Sequence record: OZ262643.1
Length of the DNA: 32,000 bases
Strand: one strand, 5' to 3'
In this document: one piece after another, positions 10,063-23,020 of the stretch
Layout: the number at the start of each line of letters is the position of its first letter
Numbering within the stretch: position 1 is the first letter of the stretch
The notes under the pieces: model-generated
Seen by the model: only the letters and a program-made list of their open reading frames with translations
Told to the model about the DNA's origin: nothing
Database searches by the model: none
Program-made: the position numbers and the translations under genes

Positions 10063-10342
10063 AACGTAAAATAACTGTACAATAAAAAAAAGTAACATTA
10101 GAATATTAAACAGATAAACATAAAGCAAGTAAAAATAAATATATGAATAAAGGAACAAACTTAAAAAAGTCGAGACAACTTGGTTTTCTGGTAAAAATGT
10201 CAACGAAAAGCGGAAAAAAAATTATCAATAAAAGAAGATGCAAAAAACGTAAAAAAATTATTAATTAAATAGGTAAACACTCTATCTATTCGATATACTA
10301 AGATAGAGTTATAGGAAAGAATATAAATTGATTAAATATTCC

Positions 10343-11803
10343 ATGAATTTCAACAAAGAAATAACAACATTACTCTCATCTCACAACTTTTTAATATACA
10401 TAGAAACAGAAGAAGAAGAAAGACTAGAATATATACTAAATAGTATAAATTATGGAGAATTCAAAAAAAGAATATGCACATGGAATTTTATAGATGGCTA
10501 TATAAGCAATCCCAACTATAAACAAAAAGGCATAAAAAACCCATTAGAAACACTAGAAACAATATCCAATAATGAACACAGTAACATCAAAATTTTTTTC
10601 TTAAAAGACTTTTGCTACTTTATAAATGATATTAGTATAAGTAGAAAATTAAAAAATGTAGAACAATGGTTAAGGAAGCATAAAAAATATATTATAATAA
10701 GTGGAACAGGAAAAAAGATACCCAAAGAACTACAAGAATATATAGTATACCTAGAACTTCCTCTACCCAATAAAATAGAAATCAAAATTGAAATAGAACG
10801 ATTTACAATATTCAATAAAAAGTATAAAGATATACAGGAAAAAATAAATAATGCGTATATAGGATATACAATTACGAGAATACGTAAATCAATATCTAAA
10901 TTAATAAGATATAACTTACATAAAAAAGATGTAGTAAAAAATATTATCAAAGAAAAAGAAAAATTTATTAAACAAACAGACATTTTAGAATTTTATTACA
11001 GTGATAAAGAATTAATACAAATAGGTGGTCTAACAAACTTAAGAAATTGGCTAAAAATTAGACAATCAACATTTAGTAAAAAGGCACAACTATACGGAAC
11101 AAAAATTCCAAGAGGAATTATATTAGTAGGAATACAAGGCACAGGAAAATCATTAAGCGCTAAAGGAATTGCAATGGCATGGCATTTACCTCTATTAAAA
11201 CTTGATATCAGCAAAATTTTCACTGGTTTGCTAGGTGAATCAGAAAATCAAATGAACAATGCAATTAGAACGTCTGAACTAATATCACCTTGTGTACTAT
11301 GGATAGATGAAATAGATAAAATATTTACACAAAGTACAAACAATAACGATAGTGGAACAACATTAAGAGTAACTAATATCCTACTTACATGGTTATCAGA
11401 TAAGAAAAAAGATGTATTTGTTATTGCTACAGCTAATACAATTCAAAATCTACCAATAGAAATATTAAGAAAAGGAAGATTTGATGAAATCTTTTTTGTA
11501 GACTTACCAAAATTTAAAGAAAGAGTACATATTTTTTATATACAACTCAAGAGAGTCAGACCTTTAACATGGTATACATACAACATATATTATTTAAGTA
11601 AACTGACAAGAAAATTCTCAGGTGCAGAAATAGAACAGTCAGTTACAGAAGGTATGTATACAGGACTCTATCAAAACCGAGAATTTACTACGGCAGATAT
11701 AGCAGTCGCCATAAAAAATATGATTCCTTTATCCGTTACTGAAGAAGACAAGATTATCAAGCTCAGAAAGTGGGGTTACTCAGGTAAAATTAAATTAGCT
11801 TAA
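10343..11803 (+). CDS. ycf46: AAA+ ATPase Ycf46
   Basis: It has Walker A GIQGTGKSL and Walker B VLWIDEIDK, plus RKGRFDEIFFVDLP. The N-terminus MNFNKEITTLLSSHNFLIYIETEEEERLE is typical of Ycf46. The track start at 10328 is TTG, so ATG at 10343 is preferred. Confidence 0.88.
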   Translation: MNFNKEITTLLSSHNFLIYIETEEEERLEYILNSINYGEFKKRICTWNFIDGYISNPNYKQKGIKNPLETLETISNNEHSNIKIFFLKDFCYFINDISISRKLKNVEQWLRKHKKYIIISGTGKKIPKELQEYIVYLELPLPNKIEIKIEIERFTIFNKKYKDIQEKINNAYIGYTITRIRKSISKLIRYNLHKKDVVKNIIKEKEKFIKQTDILEFYYSDKELIQIGGLTNLRNWLKIRQSTFSKKAQLYGTKIPRGIILVGIQGTGKSLSAKGIAMAWHLPLLKLDISKIFTGLLGESENQMNNAIRTSELISPCVLWIDEIDKIFTQSTNNNDSGTTLRVTNILLTWLSDKKKDVFVIATANTIQNLPIEILRKGRFDEIFFVDLPKFKERVHIFYIQLKRVRPLTWYTYNIYYLSKLTRKFSGAEIEQSVTEGMYTGLYQNREFTTADIAVAIKNMIPLSVTEEDKIIKLRKWGYSGKIKLA

Positions 11804-11834
11804 ACTTAACAACAGAAAGGTAAATAAACATAGA

Positions 11835-11954
11835 ATCCTGATATTGAACTACTTTCCCAAAGAGTGTCCCCTTCAGTATCATTGTCGCTACAGAGTTTAA
11901 CAACCAAGTTCGGTATGGTTTGGAGTGGGTCCACTGTGCTATGAATATCAAGAC
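11835..11954 (-). rRNA. rrf: 5S rRNA
   Basis: The minus strand reads gtcttgatattcatagcacagtggacccac..ccataccgaacttggttgttaaactctgtagcg...ggggacactctttgggaaagtagttcaatatcaggat. Terminal helix I pairs (tcttgatatt/aatatcagga), and the loop A/B motif CCGAAC...GTTAAAC is conserved. The ends are +/- a few nt. Confidence 0.9.
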
Positions 11955-12001
11955 ATAAGCTAAAATAATTGCATTGTTTTATAATTATTACACAATTAGA
12001 C

Positions 12002-14873
<2,872 letters not shown>

Positions 14874-14948
14874 TCAAGTTATTAGTGTAAAGTATAAAAC
14901 TTTGCAATCAAGTTTAATACAAATATTAATTTGTATAGATTTTTTAGC

Positions 14949-15021
14949 TGGAGATAAGCGGACTCGAACCGCTGACATCTGCCTTGCAAAAGCAGCGCTC
15001 TACCAACTGAGCTATACCCCC
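14949..15021 (-). tRNA. trnA: tRNA-Ala (UGC) in the 16S-23S spacer
   Basis: The reverse complement is gggggtatagctcagttggtagagcgctgcttttgcaaggcagatgtcagcggttcgagtccgcttatctcca. The G3:U70 identity pair is present and the anticodon is TGC. There is no intron. Confidence 0.93.
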
Positions 15022-15027
15022 TCTTCG

Positions 15028-15101
<74 letters not shown>

Positions 15102-15152
15102 TTTAAATAAACGATCTGAGATTAGTATTATATCGAATAACTATTTCCCTAA

Positions 15153-16628
<1,476 letters not shown>

Positions 16629-16799
16629 GTTTTTCCAGAATACGCTAACAAGAGCTATAAATTATGTCATAATAATTGATTATTGTAGAGACAAAGTAAG
16701 ATTATTTAAATAATATATTTAGATAAAGATTAAATATACAAAGATAAGATTACTTTAATAATTGCATAAATCAGGTGACATATTTAACTAACTGAGATA

Positions 16800-16829
16800 A
16801 TGATAATACTATATACAACAAATTGTCAA
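16800..16829 (-). promoter_or_regulatory. Candidate sigma70-type (PEP) promoter for the rRNA operon
   Basis: The minus strand reads TTGACA (16829-16824), an 18-nt spacer, then TATCAT (16805-16800). This is about 170 nt upstream of the mature 16S 5' end. It is a single motif match in AT-rich DNA, so it is tentative. Confidence 0.3.
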
Positions 16830-17194
16830 GCAATAAAAAAAATTTTTATAAAATTAAGCATGATCTACATTACGGGATGTAAGTTTCTAATGTAATATCT
16901 GTTGTATTTTCTTAAGTCAAACATCAAAATATTAGAAAATATAGGATTATAATCAATTCTTTTTTGATAATTTTATTTTTAAAATAAATAGAATAATAAT
17001 ATACGTAAATAGAATTATACAAGGAAAGATAAAATATTCATAATCTATAAATATCTAGGTAACTTTAAAGACAATATATATACTTTAAATTATAAAAAAA
17101 CATAGTTATATGATTTTAATTAACAATTAATACAATAAACTTATAAAATAGATAAAAATAATGCAATATAAAATTAGAAATTAGGAGAATCAAA

Positions 17195-17929
17195 TTGAAT
17201 AATCTAAGAGAAAAAATACTCATAGTAGATGACGAAACTAGTATACGAAGAATTCTTGAGACAAGATTATCAATGATAGGATACGAAGTAATTAGCGCTT
17301 CTGATGGAGAAGAAGCACTAACTGTTTTTCGTAAAGAATATCCAACACTAGTAGTATTAGACGTTATGATGCCTAAACTTGATGGTTATGGCGTATGTCA
17401 AGAACTAAGAAAAGAATCAGACGTACCTATTATAATGTTAACTGCTTTAGGTGACGTATCAGATAGAATCACTGGTCTTGAACTCGGCGCAGACGATTAT
17501 ATAGTCAAACCATTTTCACCTAAAGAATTGGAGGCTAGAATTAGATCGGTACTAAGAAGAATAGATAAAATAGCAATTAACTCATCCATACCTAATTCTG
17601 GAATTATTAATATAGGTTTTTTAACAATTGACACAAATAAAAGACAGGTGTATAAGAACCACGAAAGAGTTAGATTAACAGGCATGGAATTTAGCTTACT
17701 TGAACTACTAATCAGTAAAGCAGGAGAAGCTTTTTCTAGATCATCAATTTTACAAGAAGTGTGGGGGTATACACCTGAAAGACATGTTGATACAAGAGTA
17801 GTTGATGTTCATATATCTAGATTAAGAGCAAAATTAGAAGATGATCCAAGTAATCCAGATTTAATACTAACCGCTAGAGGGACAGGTTATTTATTCCAAA
17901 AAATTATTGTCAAAGAACAAATGATATAA
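17195..17929 (+). CDS. ycf27: OmpR-family response regulator Ycf27 (RpaB-like)
   Basis: The receiver domain has intact DD (IVDDE), a phospho-acceptor D (VVLDVMMP), T (MLTALG) and K (YIVKPF). The winged-helix output domain has LT..EF.LLELL and VDVHISRLR.KLE. The start is TTG at 17195, 7-8 nt after AGGAG. No in-frame ATG lies after the upstream TAA at 17159-17161. Confidence 0.92.
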   Translation: MNNLREKILIVDDETSIRRILETRLSMIGYEVISASDGEEALTVFRKEYPTLVVLDVMMPKLDGYGVCQELRKESDVPIIMLTALGDVSDRITGLELGADDYIVKPFSPKELEARIRSVLRRIDKIAINSSIPNSGIINIGFLTIDTNKRQVYKNHERVRLTGMEFSLLELLISKAGEAFSRSSILQEVWGYTPERHVDTRVVDVHISRLRAKLEDDPSNPDLILTARGTGYLFQKIIVKEQMI

Positions 17930-18272
17930 CAATTTTCAATAAAAATTAACTTAATTACGAAAAGTAAATTGATTAAAATATTAATTAAATATTATTTTAT
18001 AATTATATTGTAAGAGTCATAAATTTAGAATAATAATACAATTGGCTTTAAATCATATTATAAAACTTTAACTTAGAGAACTAAAAAAGAGTTACGTAAT
18101 GCAATATAATTTATAGAATATTAATCTTATAATAATATATAACTGAGAAGAGAAGTAATTTCACCTTTACATTTGCTGTAAAAAAATTTTTAGTTAATCT
18201 TTGGTCAAACAATTGAACAATTTAATTTAATAGAATATTTACTTAAAAAATTCGTCTTGGAGAAATAAACAT

Positions 18273-19328
18273 ATGACTGTCGCACTTGGACAAGAAAAAA
18301 ATCGTGGAAGATTTGATTTAATAGATGATTGGGTTAAAAGAGATAGATTCGTATTTGTAGGATGGTCAGGGATTTTACTATTCCCATGCTCTTATCTAGC
18401 ATTAGGTGGATGGCTTACGGGAACTACTTTTGTAACTTCTTGGTATACCCACGGACTAGCAAGTTCATATCTAGAAGGCTGCAATTTTTTAACAGCAGCA
18501 GTATCAACACCTGCTAATAGTATGGGACACTCATTACTACTACTATGGGGACCAGAAGCTCAAGGAGATTTCACAAGATGGTGCCAAATTGGTGGACTGT
18601 GGGCATTCATAGCCTTGCATGGTTCTTTCGGACTAATTGGTTTCTGTTTAAGACAGTTTGAAATAGCAAGATTAGTAGGGATTAGACCCTATAACGCAAT
18701 TGCTTTTTCTGGTCCAATAGCAGTATTCGTGTCAGTATTCTTAATGTACCCATTAGGACAAGCAAGTTGGTTCTTTGCACCTAGTTTTGGCGTAGCAGCA
18801 ATTTTTAGATTTCTTTTATTTTTACAAGGATTCCATAACTGGACTTTAAATCCATTTCATATGATGGGTGTCGCAGGCATACTCGGTGGAGCATTATTAT
18901 GTGCTATCCATGGAGCAACTGTACAGAATACACTATTTGAAGATGGTGATGCAGCTGATACATTTAGAGCATTTACACCAACACAGTCAGAAGAAACATA
19001 TTCTATGGTAACAGCTAATCGTTTTTGGTCTCAGATTTTTGGTGTAGCTTTTTCCAACAAAAGATGGTTACATTTCTTTATGCTATTTGTACCGGTAACA
19101 GGTCTGTGGACAAGCGCATTCGGAATAGTCGGCTTAGCACTAAACTTAAGAGCATATGATTTTGTATCTCAAGAGTTAAGAGCTGCAGAAGATCCAGAAT
19201 TTGAAACATTCTATACAAAAAATATTTTACTAAACGAAGGTATTCGTTCATGGATGGCAGCACAAGACCAGCCTCACGAAAACTTCATATTCCCAGAGGA
19301 GGTTTTACCACGTGGAAATGCCCTATAA
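18273..19328 (+). CDS. psbD: Photosystem II D2 protein
   Basis: 351 aa, essentially canonical D2 (MTVALG......[19 protein letters not shown]...[10 protein letters not shown]). GGAG lies about 9 nt upstream of the ATG. Confidence 0.98.
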   Translation: MTVALGQEKNRGRFDLIDDWVKRDRFVFVGWSGILLFPCSYLALGGWLTGTTFVTSWYTHGLASSYLEGCNFLTAAVSTPANSMGHSLLLLWGPEAQGDFTRWCQIGGLWAFIALHGSFGLIGFCLRQFEIARLVGIRPYNAIAFSGPIAVFVSVFLMYPLGQASWFFAPSFGVAAIFRFLLFLQGFHNWTLNPFHMMGVAGILGGALLCAIHGATVQNTLFEDGDAADTFRAFTPTQSEETYSMVTANRFWSQIFGVAFSNKRWLHFFMLFVPVTGLWTSAFGIVGLALNLRAYDFVSQELRAAEDPEFETFYTKNILLNEGIRSWMAAQDQPHENFIFPEEVLPRGNAL

Positions 19329-20697
19329 TAATAGTACTACTGTTGGAGGAAAAGATTTAGAATCAACAGGTTTTGCATGGTGGTCAGGCAATGCAAGACT
19401 AATCAACGTTTCAGGAAAATTACTAGGAGCACATGTAGCACATGCCGGTATCATAGTTTTTTGGACAGGAGCAATGACACTATTTGAAGTAGCACACTTT
19501 GTACCAGAAAAACCTCTGTATGAACAAGGGTTTATTTTAATGCAGCATTTGGCTACGTTAGGATGGGGAGTAGGTCCCAGCGGAGATATAGAAAATACCT
19601 ATCCGTATTTTGTAGTCGGTGTAATCCATTTAATCTCATCAGCTGTTCTAGGATTTGGTGGACTATATCATTCATTAATAGGACCAGATACACTCGAAGA
19701 GTCATTTCCATTTTTTGGATATGACTGGAGAGATAAAAACAAAATGACGACTATACTAGGTATACATTTAGTGCTACTAGGATTAGGATCATTTCTTTTA
19801 GTTACAAAAGCATTATTCTTCGGTGGAGTATATGATACATGGGCACCAGGTGGTGGGGATGTACGAACTATCACTAACCCAACTTTAAATCCATCAGTAG
19901 TCTTTGGATATGTATTGAAATCACCATTTGGTGGAGATGGCTGGATAGTCAGTGTTGATAACATGGAAGATCTTATTGGAGGACACGTATGGATTGGTGT
20001 CATATGTATAGCAGGGGGCATATGGCACATACTAACAAAACCTTTTGCATGGGCAAGAAGAGCTTTTGTATGGTCAGGAGAAGCATATTTATCATATAGT
20101 TTAGGCGCATTATCTATAATGGGAATAACAGCTTCAAACTACGTATGGTATAATAATACAGCATATCCAAGTGAGTTTTACGGACCAACTGGACCTGAGG
20201 CATCACAAGCACAAGCTTTTACATTCCTTGTAAGGGATCAAAGATTAGGAGCTAACGTAGCATCTGCACAAGGCCCAACTGGACTAGGTAAATATCTAAT
20301 GAGATCACCTAGTGGGGAAATTATTTTTGGTGGAGAGACTATGAGATTTTGGGATCTAAGAGCTCCATGGGTAGAACCATTGAGAGGACCCAATGGTCTA
20401 GATCTAAATAAAATCAAAAATGATATTCAACCTTGGCAAGAAAGAAGGGCAGCTGAATATATGACTCATGCTCCTCTAGGCTCATTGAACTCAGTAGGCG
20501 GTGTAGCAACAGAAATTAATTCAGTGAACTATGTATCCCCTAGGAGTTGGTTAACAACTTCTCATTTTTTCTTAGGATTCTTCTTATTCATAGGACATTT
20601 ATGGCATGCAGGTAGAGCTAGAGCTGCTGCTGCAGGCTTTGAGAAAGGAATCAACAGAGAAAATGAAGCTGTTCTATCTATGAGACCCTTAGATTAG
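19312..20697 (+). CDS. psbC: Photosystem II CP43
   Basis: Canonical CP43 (..[40 protein letters not shown]...). GTG at 19312 overlaps the psbD 3' end by 17 nt. An in-frame ATG at 19318 is the alternative start. Confidence 0.97.
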   Translation: MEMPYNNSTTVGGKDLESTGFAWWSGNARLINVSGKLLGAHVAHAGIIVFWTGAMTLFEVAHFVPEKPLYEQGFILMQHLATLGWGVGPSGDIENTYPYFVVGVIHLISSAVLGFGGLYHSLIGPDTLEESFPFFGYDWRDKNKMTTILGIHLVLLGLGSFLLVTKALFFGGVYDTWAPGGGDVRTITNPTLNPSVVFGYVLKSPFGGDGWIVSVDNMEDLIGGHVWIGVICIAGGIWHILTKPFAWARRAFVWSGEAYLSYSLGALSIMGITASNYVWYNNTAYPSEFYGPTGPEASQAQAFTFLVRDQRLGANVASAQGPTGLGKYLMRSPSGEIIFGGETMRFWDLRAPWVEPLRGPNGLDLNKIKNDIQPWQERRAAEYMTHAPLGSLNSVGGVATEINSVNYVSPRSWLTTSHFFLGFFLFIGHLWHAGRARAAAAGFEKGINRENEAVLSMRPLD

Positions 20698-20721
20698 TAC
20701 TTTAAATAGAAATTTGAAATT

Positions 20722-20772
20722 ACGTAAATAAACAACAACTTCGCGTATCATATCGTAGTTGTTTATTTACGT
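20722..20772 (+). terminator. Perfect 15-bp stem-loop downstream of psbC (3' end-forming or stabilising hairpin)
   Basis: acgtaaataaacaac (20722-20736) pairs perfectly with gttgtttatttacgt (20758-20772) across a 21-nt loop. It starts 25 nt after the psbC stop and is followed by a T-rich tract. Confidence 0.6.
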
Positions 20773-20919
20773 TTGTCAAACAAATTTAATATGATCCACC
20801 ATTTGATAAATTACATATTATTCAAAAGATGCAAGCATTTAATTTCAATAAAAAATATAATCTTCGCAACAGTTCGCTTGCATTAGTTCAACCAATCATA
20901 TTTCACTAACATCAATATT

Positions 20920-21495
20920 ATGAAATTAAATATATATAATATATCTCACCCAATAATAGAACTATTAGCTAATACTACAATAACAAATAATAATAATAGC
21001 AGTTTATTATCACACTACTACAAAACTTTCGGATTATTATTCATGTACGAGATTTTAAGAAAATATATAAAAGTTGAAAGAATATATATTCAATTTATAG
21101 ATTCAACAAAAGAGCTAAAATTAATTGACAAAAGTCAACAATATTTAATAGCTACTAATATATGTAATACTTATGAAATAATCAGCGATATTAAAACCTT
21201 ACTGCCAAACATTGATATAGTAAATATTAATTATAGTAGTATTAGCCATGAACAAGGAATAAATGACACAAGAGAAAAACAAATTGACAATTCCCAGATA
21301 TTTATACTAGAAAAACATCTCAATAATATCAATATTCTTAATACAATTAAAAACTTTATATTAACTAGAAAAATACCTCTGGAAAATATAGCAATAGCTT
21401 GTATAACAAGCGAACATGTTATACTGAAACAACTGGGATATATTTATCCTAACATCAAAGTATATACTACTAAAATTTTATACAATAAATCATAA
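20920..21495 (+). CDS. upp: Uracil phosphoribosyltransferase-like protein with degenerate catalytic motifs
   Basis: 191 aa. The N-terminus ..ISHPIIELL resembles Upp ..KHPLVKHKL. The C-terminus ITSEHVILKQLGYIYPNIKVYTTKI resembles Upp AAPEGI.AL....P.V.LYTA.ID. The PRPP loop is not conserved (see findings). Confidence 0.6.
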   Translation: MKLNIYNISHPIIELLANTTITNNNNSSLLSHYYKTFGLLFMYEILRKYIKVERIYIQFIDSTKELKLIDKSQQYLIATNICNTYEIISDIKTLLPNIDIVNINYSSISHEQGINDTREKQIDNSQIFILEKHLNNINILNTIKNFILTRKIPLENIAIACITSEHVILKQLGYIYPNIKVYTTKILYNKS

Positions 21496-21531
21496 CAACA
21501 AGAGATAACTCATTAACAGGAAGCTAAAATT

Positions 21532-21822
21532 ATGACAATTGTTACGTATTCATTGAACTTAGTATTTACATCGGTAGCCAATTTTTCTGAAATATACCTA
21601 ATTTTAATATTACTTAAATTATCTTTAGCATGGTTTCCAACAGTAAATTGGTATAATGAACCATTTTGTTCATTAAATAGATTAACAGATCCATATCTCA
21701 AATTATTTAGGGGAACAATACCAATGATATTTGGCATGGATATGTCACCTATGCTTGGTATTATTTTTTTACAATGCTTAACTGTAATTTTTAACAATGT
21801 AAGAATTGAGTCAATACAATAA
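21532..21822 (+). CDS. ycf19: YggT-family membrane protein Ycf19
   Basis: 96 aa. It shows the YGGT pattern LKLSLAWFP.VNWYNEPF..L.RLTDPYLKLFRG.IP...GMD.SP.LG. The slightly longer antisense ORF has no recognisable family. Confidence 0.8.
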   Translation: MTIVTYSLNLVFTSVANFSEIYLILILLKLSLAWFPTVNWYNEPFCSLNRLTDPYLKLFRGTIPMIFGMDMSPMLGIIFLQCLTVIFNNVRIESIQ

Positions 21823-21894
21823 AAAATAGAGTTTACCACAAAATTATGATAAGATGATGTTCAAAAAAAACTTAAACATACACGACAAATATAA

Positions 21895-22131
21895 GTGCTA
21901 AAAATAAGACTAAAAAGATTAGGCCGTAAAAAAAGACCTTGTTATAGAGTTATAGTTATAGATTCTAGAAGAAAAAGAGATGGAAAAGCTATAGCAGAAT
22001 TGGGTTTTTACAACCCACTAAGCAAAAATATACAGATTAATACTACAAAAATTAAAGAAAAAATTAAACAAGGAGCACAAGTAACGAAACGAGTTAGAAA
22101 CTTAATGGATAATCAATCAAAATTAAATTAG
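21895..22131 (+). CDS. rps16: Ribosomal protein S16
   Basis: [41 protein letters not shown] is the canonical S16 N-terminus. The start must be GTG at 21895 because the preceding in-frame codon (21892-21894) is TAA. Confidence 0.93.
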   Translation: MLKIRLKRLGRKKRPCYRVIVIDSRRKRDGKAIAELGFYNPLSKNIQINTTKIKEKIKQGAQVTKRVRNLMDNQSKLN

Positions 22132-22141
22132 GAGTAAACAA

Positions 22142-22441
22142 TTGCAAAAATTCACATTCCGCATCTTATGGCTAGATAACAATGTAGCAATAGCAGTAGA
22201 TCACATAGTAGGAAATAACATGAGTCCATTAACATCATATTTTTTTTGGCCCAGAAACGACGCATGGGATCAACTAAAAACAGAATTAGATTCCAAACCT
22301 TGGATTTCTGAAAGCGACAAAGTAAACTTACTCAATAAGGCAACTGAAATAATTAACTTTTGGCAAGAAAAAGGAAAAAACAAATCATTAATTGAGGCAA
22401 AAGAAAAATTCCCAGGATTTATATTTGCCGGCACAAACTAA
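22142..22441 (+). CDS. ycf65: Plastid-specific ribosomal protein 3 (Ycf65)
   Basis: [19 protein letters not shown]...[49 protein letters not shown] matches the PSRP3/Ycf65 pattern. The start is TTG at 22142, 7 nt after AGGAG. An in-frame TAA lies at 22124-22126 and no ATG precedes the conserved block. Confidence 0.85.
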   Translation: MQKFTFRILWLDNNVAIAVDHIVGNNMSPLTSYFFWPRNDAWDQLKTELDSKPWISESDKVNLLNKATEIINFWQEKGKNKSLIEAKEKFPGFIFAGTN

Positions 22442-22496
22442 AACAAATTTTTTGTCATCTTGAACTTTATCATAGAGTTAACGGAATAAATAAATA

Positions 22497-23012
22497 GTGA
22501 ACAACAAAATCTCTCTGAATCAAAAACTAGACTTATTAATAATAAGTCTTGAAAGTTTAGAAACACTTGAAACACATAATTTAATAAAAGTAAAAAATAA
22601 GATACGTAAAAAGGATTACAATATCCAAAGAATTAATAGTAACCTAATTTACCTAGTAAGATACGCAATATCTATACAAAAATATAAGACAATAACATAC
22701 CATTCTTTTATAAATTTTATAATATATATATATATAATAAACAAAAAAATAAATTACTATTTAATGTATCACAAAGCAAATTTAATACTCAAGAACTACA
22801 GGAAGTACAATAAGTCAGCGAGTTTAAAACAATATATAAGAAAATTCAACTATTTATATTTTGAACAAGATCAATATTATACTAAATACAAACATATTGA
22901 TTATAAAAAAAAGGAGACAATAACAAAAATTGCTATTCAAAACCTTTATTTAATAGCCAAGCTAATGAATAAACAAGGAATTTACATACTGATTAGATAT
23001 TTACATAATTAA
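22497..23012 (+). CDS. Orphan ORF, 171 aa, very basic and K/Y/N/I-rich; function unknown
   Basis: It is 516 nt long and open in AT-rich DNA, so chance survival is very unlikely. A full-length product requires a GTG start. I recognise no motif. It fills the ycf65-groEL gap almost exactly. Confidence 0.4.
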   Translation: MNNKISLNQKLDLLIISLESLETLETHNLIKVKNKIRKKDYNIQRINSNLIYLVRYAISIQKYKTITYHSFINFIIYIYIINKKINYYLMYHKANLILKNYRKYNKSASLKQYIRKFNYLYFEQDQYYTKYKHIDYKKKETITKIAIQNLYLIAKLMNKQGIYILIRYLHN

Positions 23013-23020
23013 ATTAATAA

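Noticed and set aside
10615-11223. ORFs 10615-10983 (-) and 10996-11223 (-) antisense to ycf46
   Set aside because: They lie inside the AAA+ ATPase gene, which has clear Walker A/B motifs on the plus strand. They are hydrophobic, low-complexity mirror frames.
17120-17147. TTAACA-N16-TATAAA as a ycf27 promoter, and several TTG...TA..T combinations upstream of psbD
   Set aside because: Such matches are too frequent in AT-rich spacers of this composition to report as features without transcript mapping.
17497-20030. Antisense ORFs within ycf27 (17497-17685), psbD (19078-19263) and psbC (19668-20030)
   Set aside because: The sense-strand genes are near-canonical. The antisense frames have no family resemblance.
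20784-20879. 31-aa ORF (MIHHLINYILFKRCKHLISIKNIIFATVRLH) and an 8-bp inverted repeat (atgcaagc/gcttgcat) in the psbC-upp spacer
   Set aside because: The peptide is neither hydrophobic nor similar to any small plastid protein I know, and it has no SD-like sequence. The inverted repeat arms are about 45 nt apart and short.
21513-21839. 108-aa minus-strand ORF opposite ycf19
   Set aside because: The plus-strand frame carries the YGGT/Ycf19 signature (AWFP...LTDPYL..FRG.IP...DMSP). The minus frame, though slightly longer, matches nothing I recognise.
22720-22745. (TA)n microsatellite-like run inside ORF171, with a similar run near 8745-8760
   Set aside because: These are short (about 7 units) and typical of AT-rich plastid DNA. 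No higher-order structure is present.
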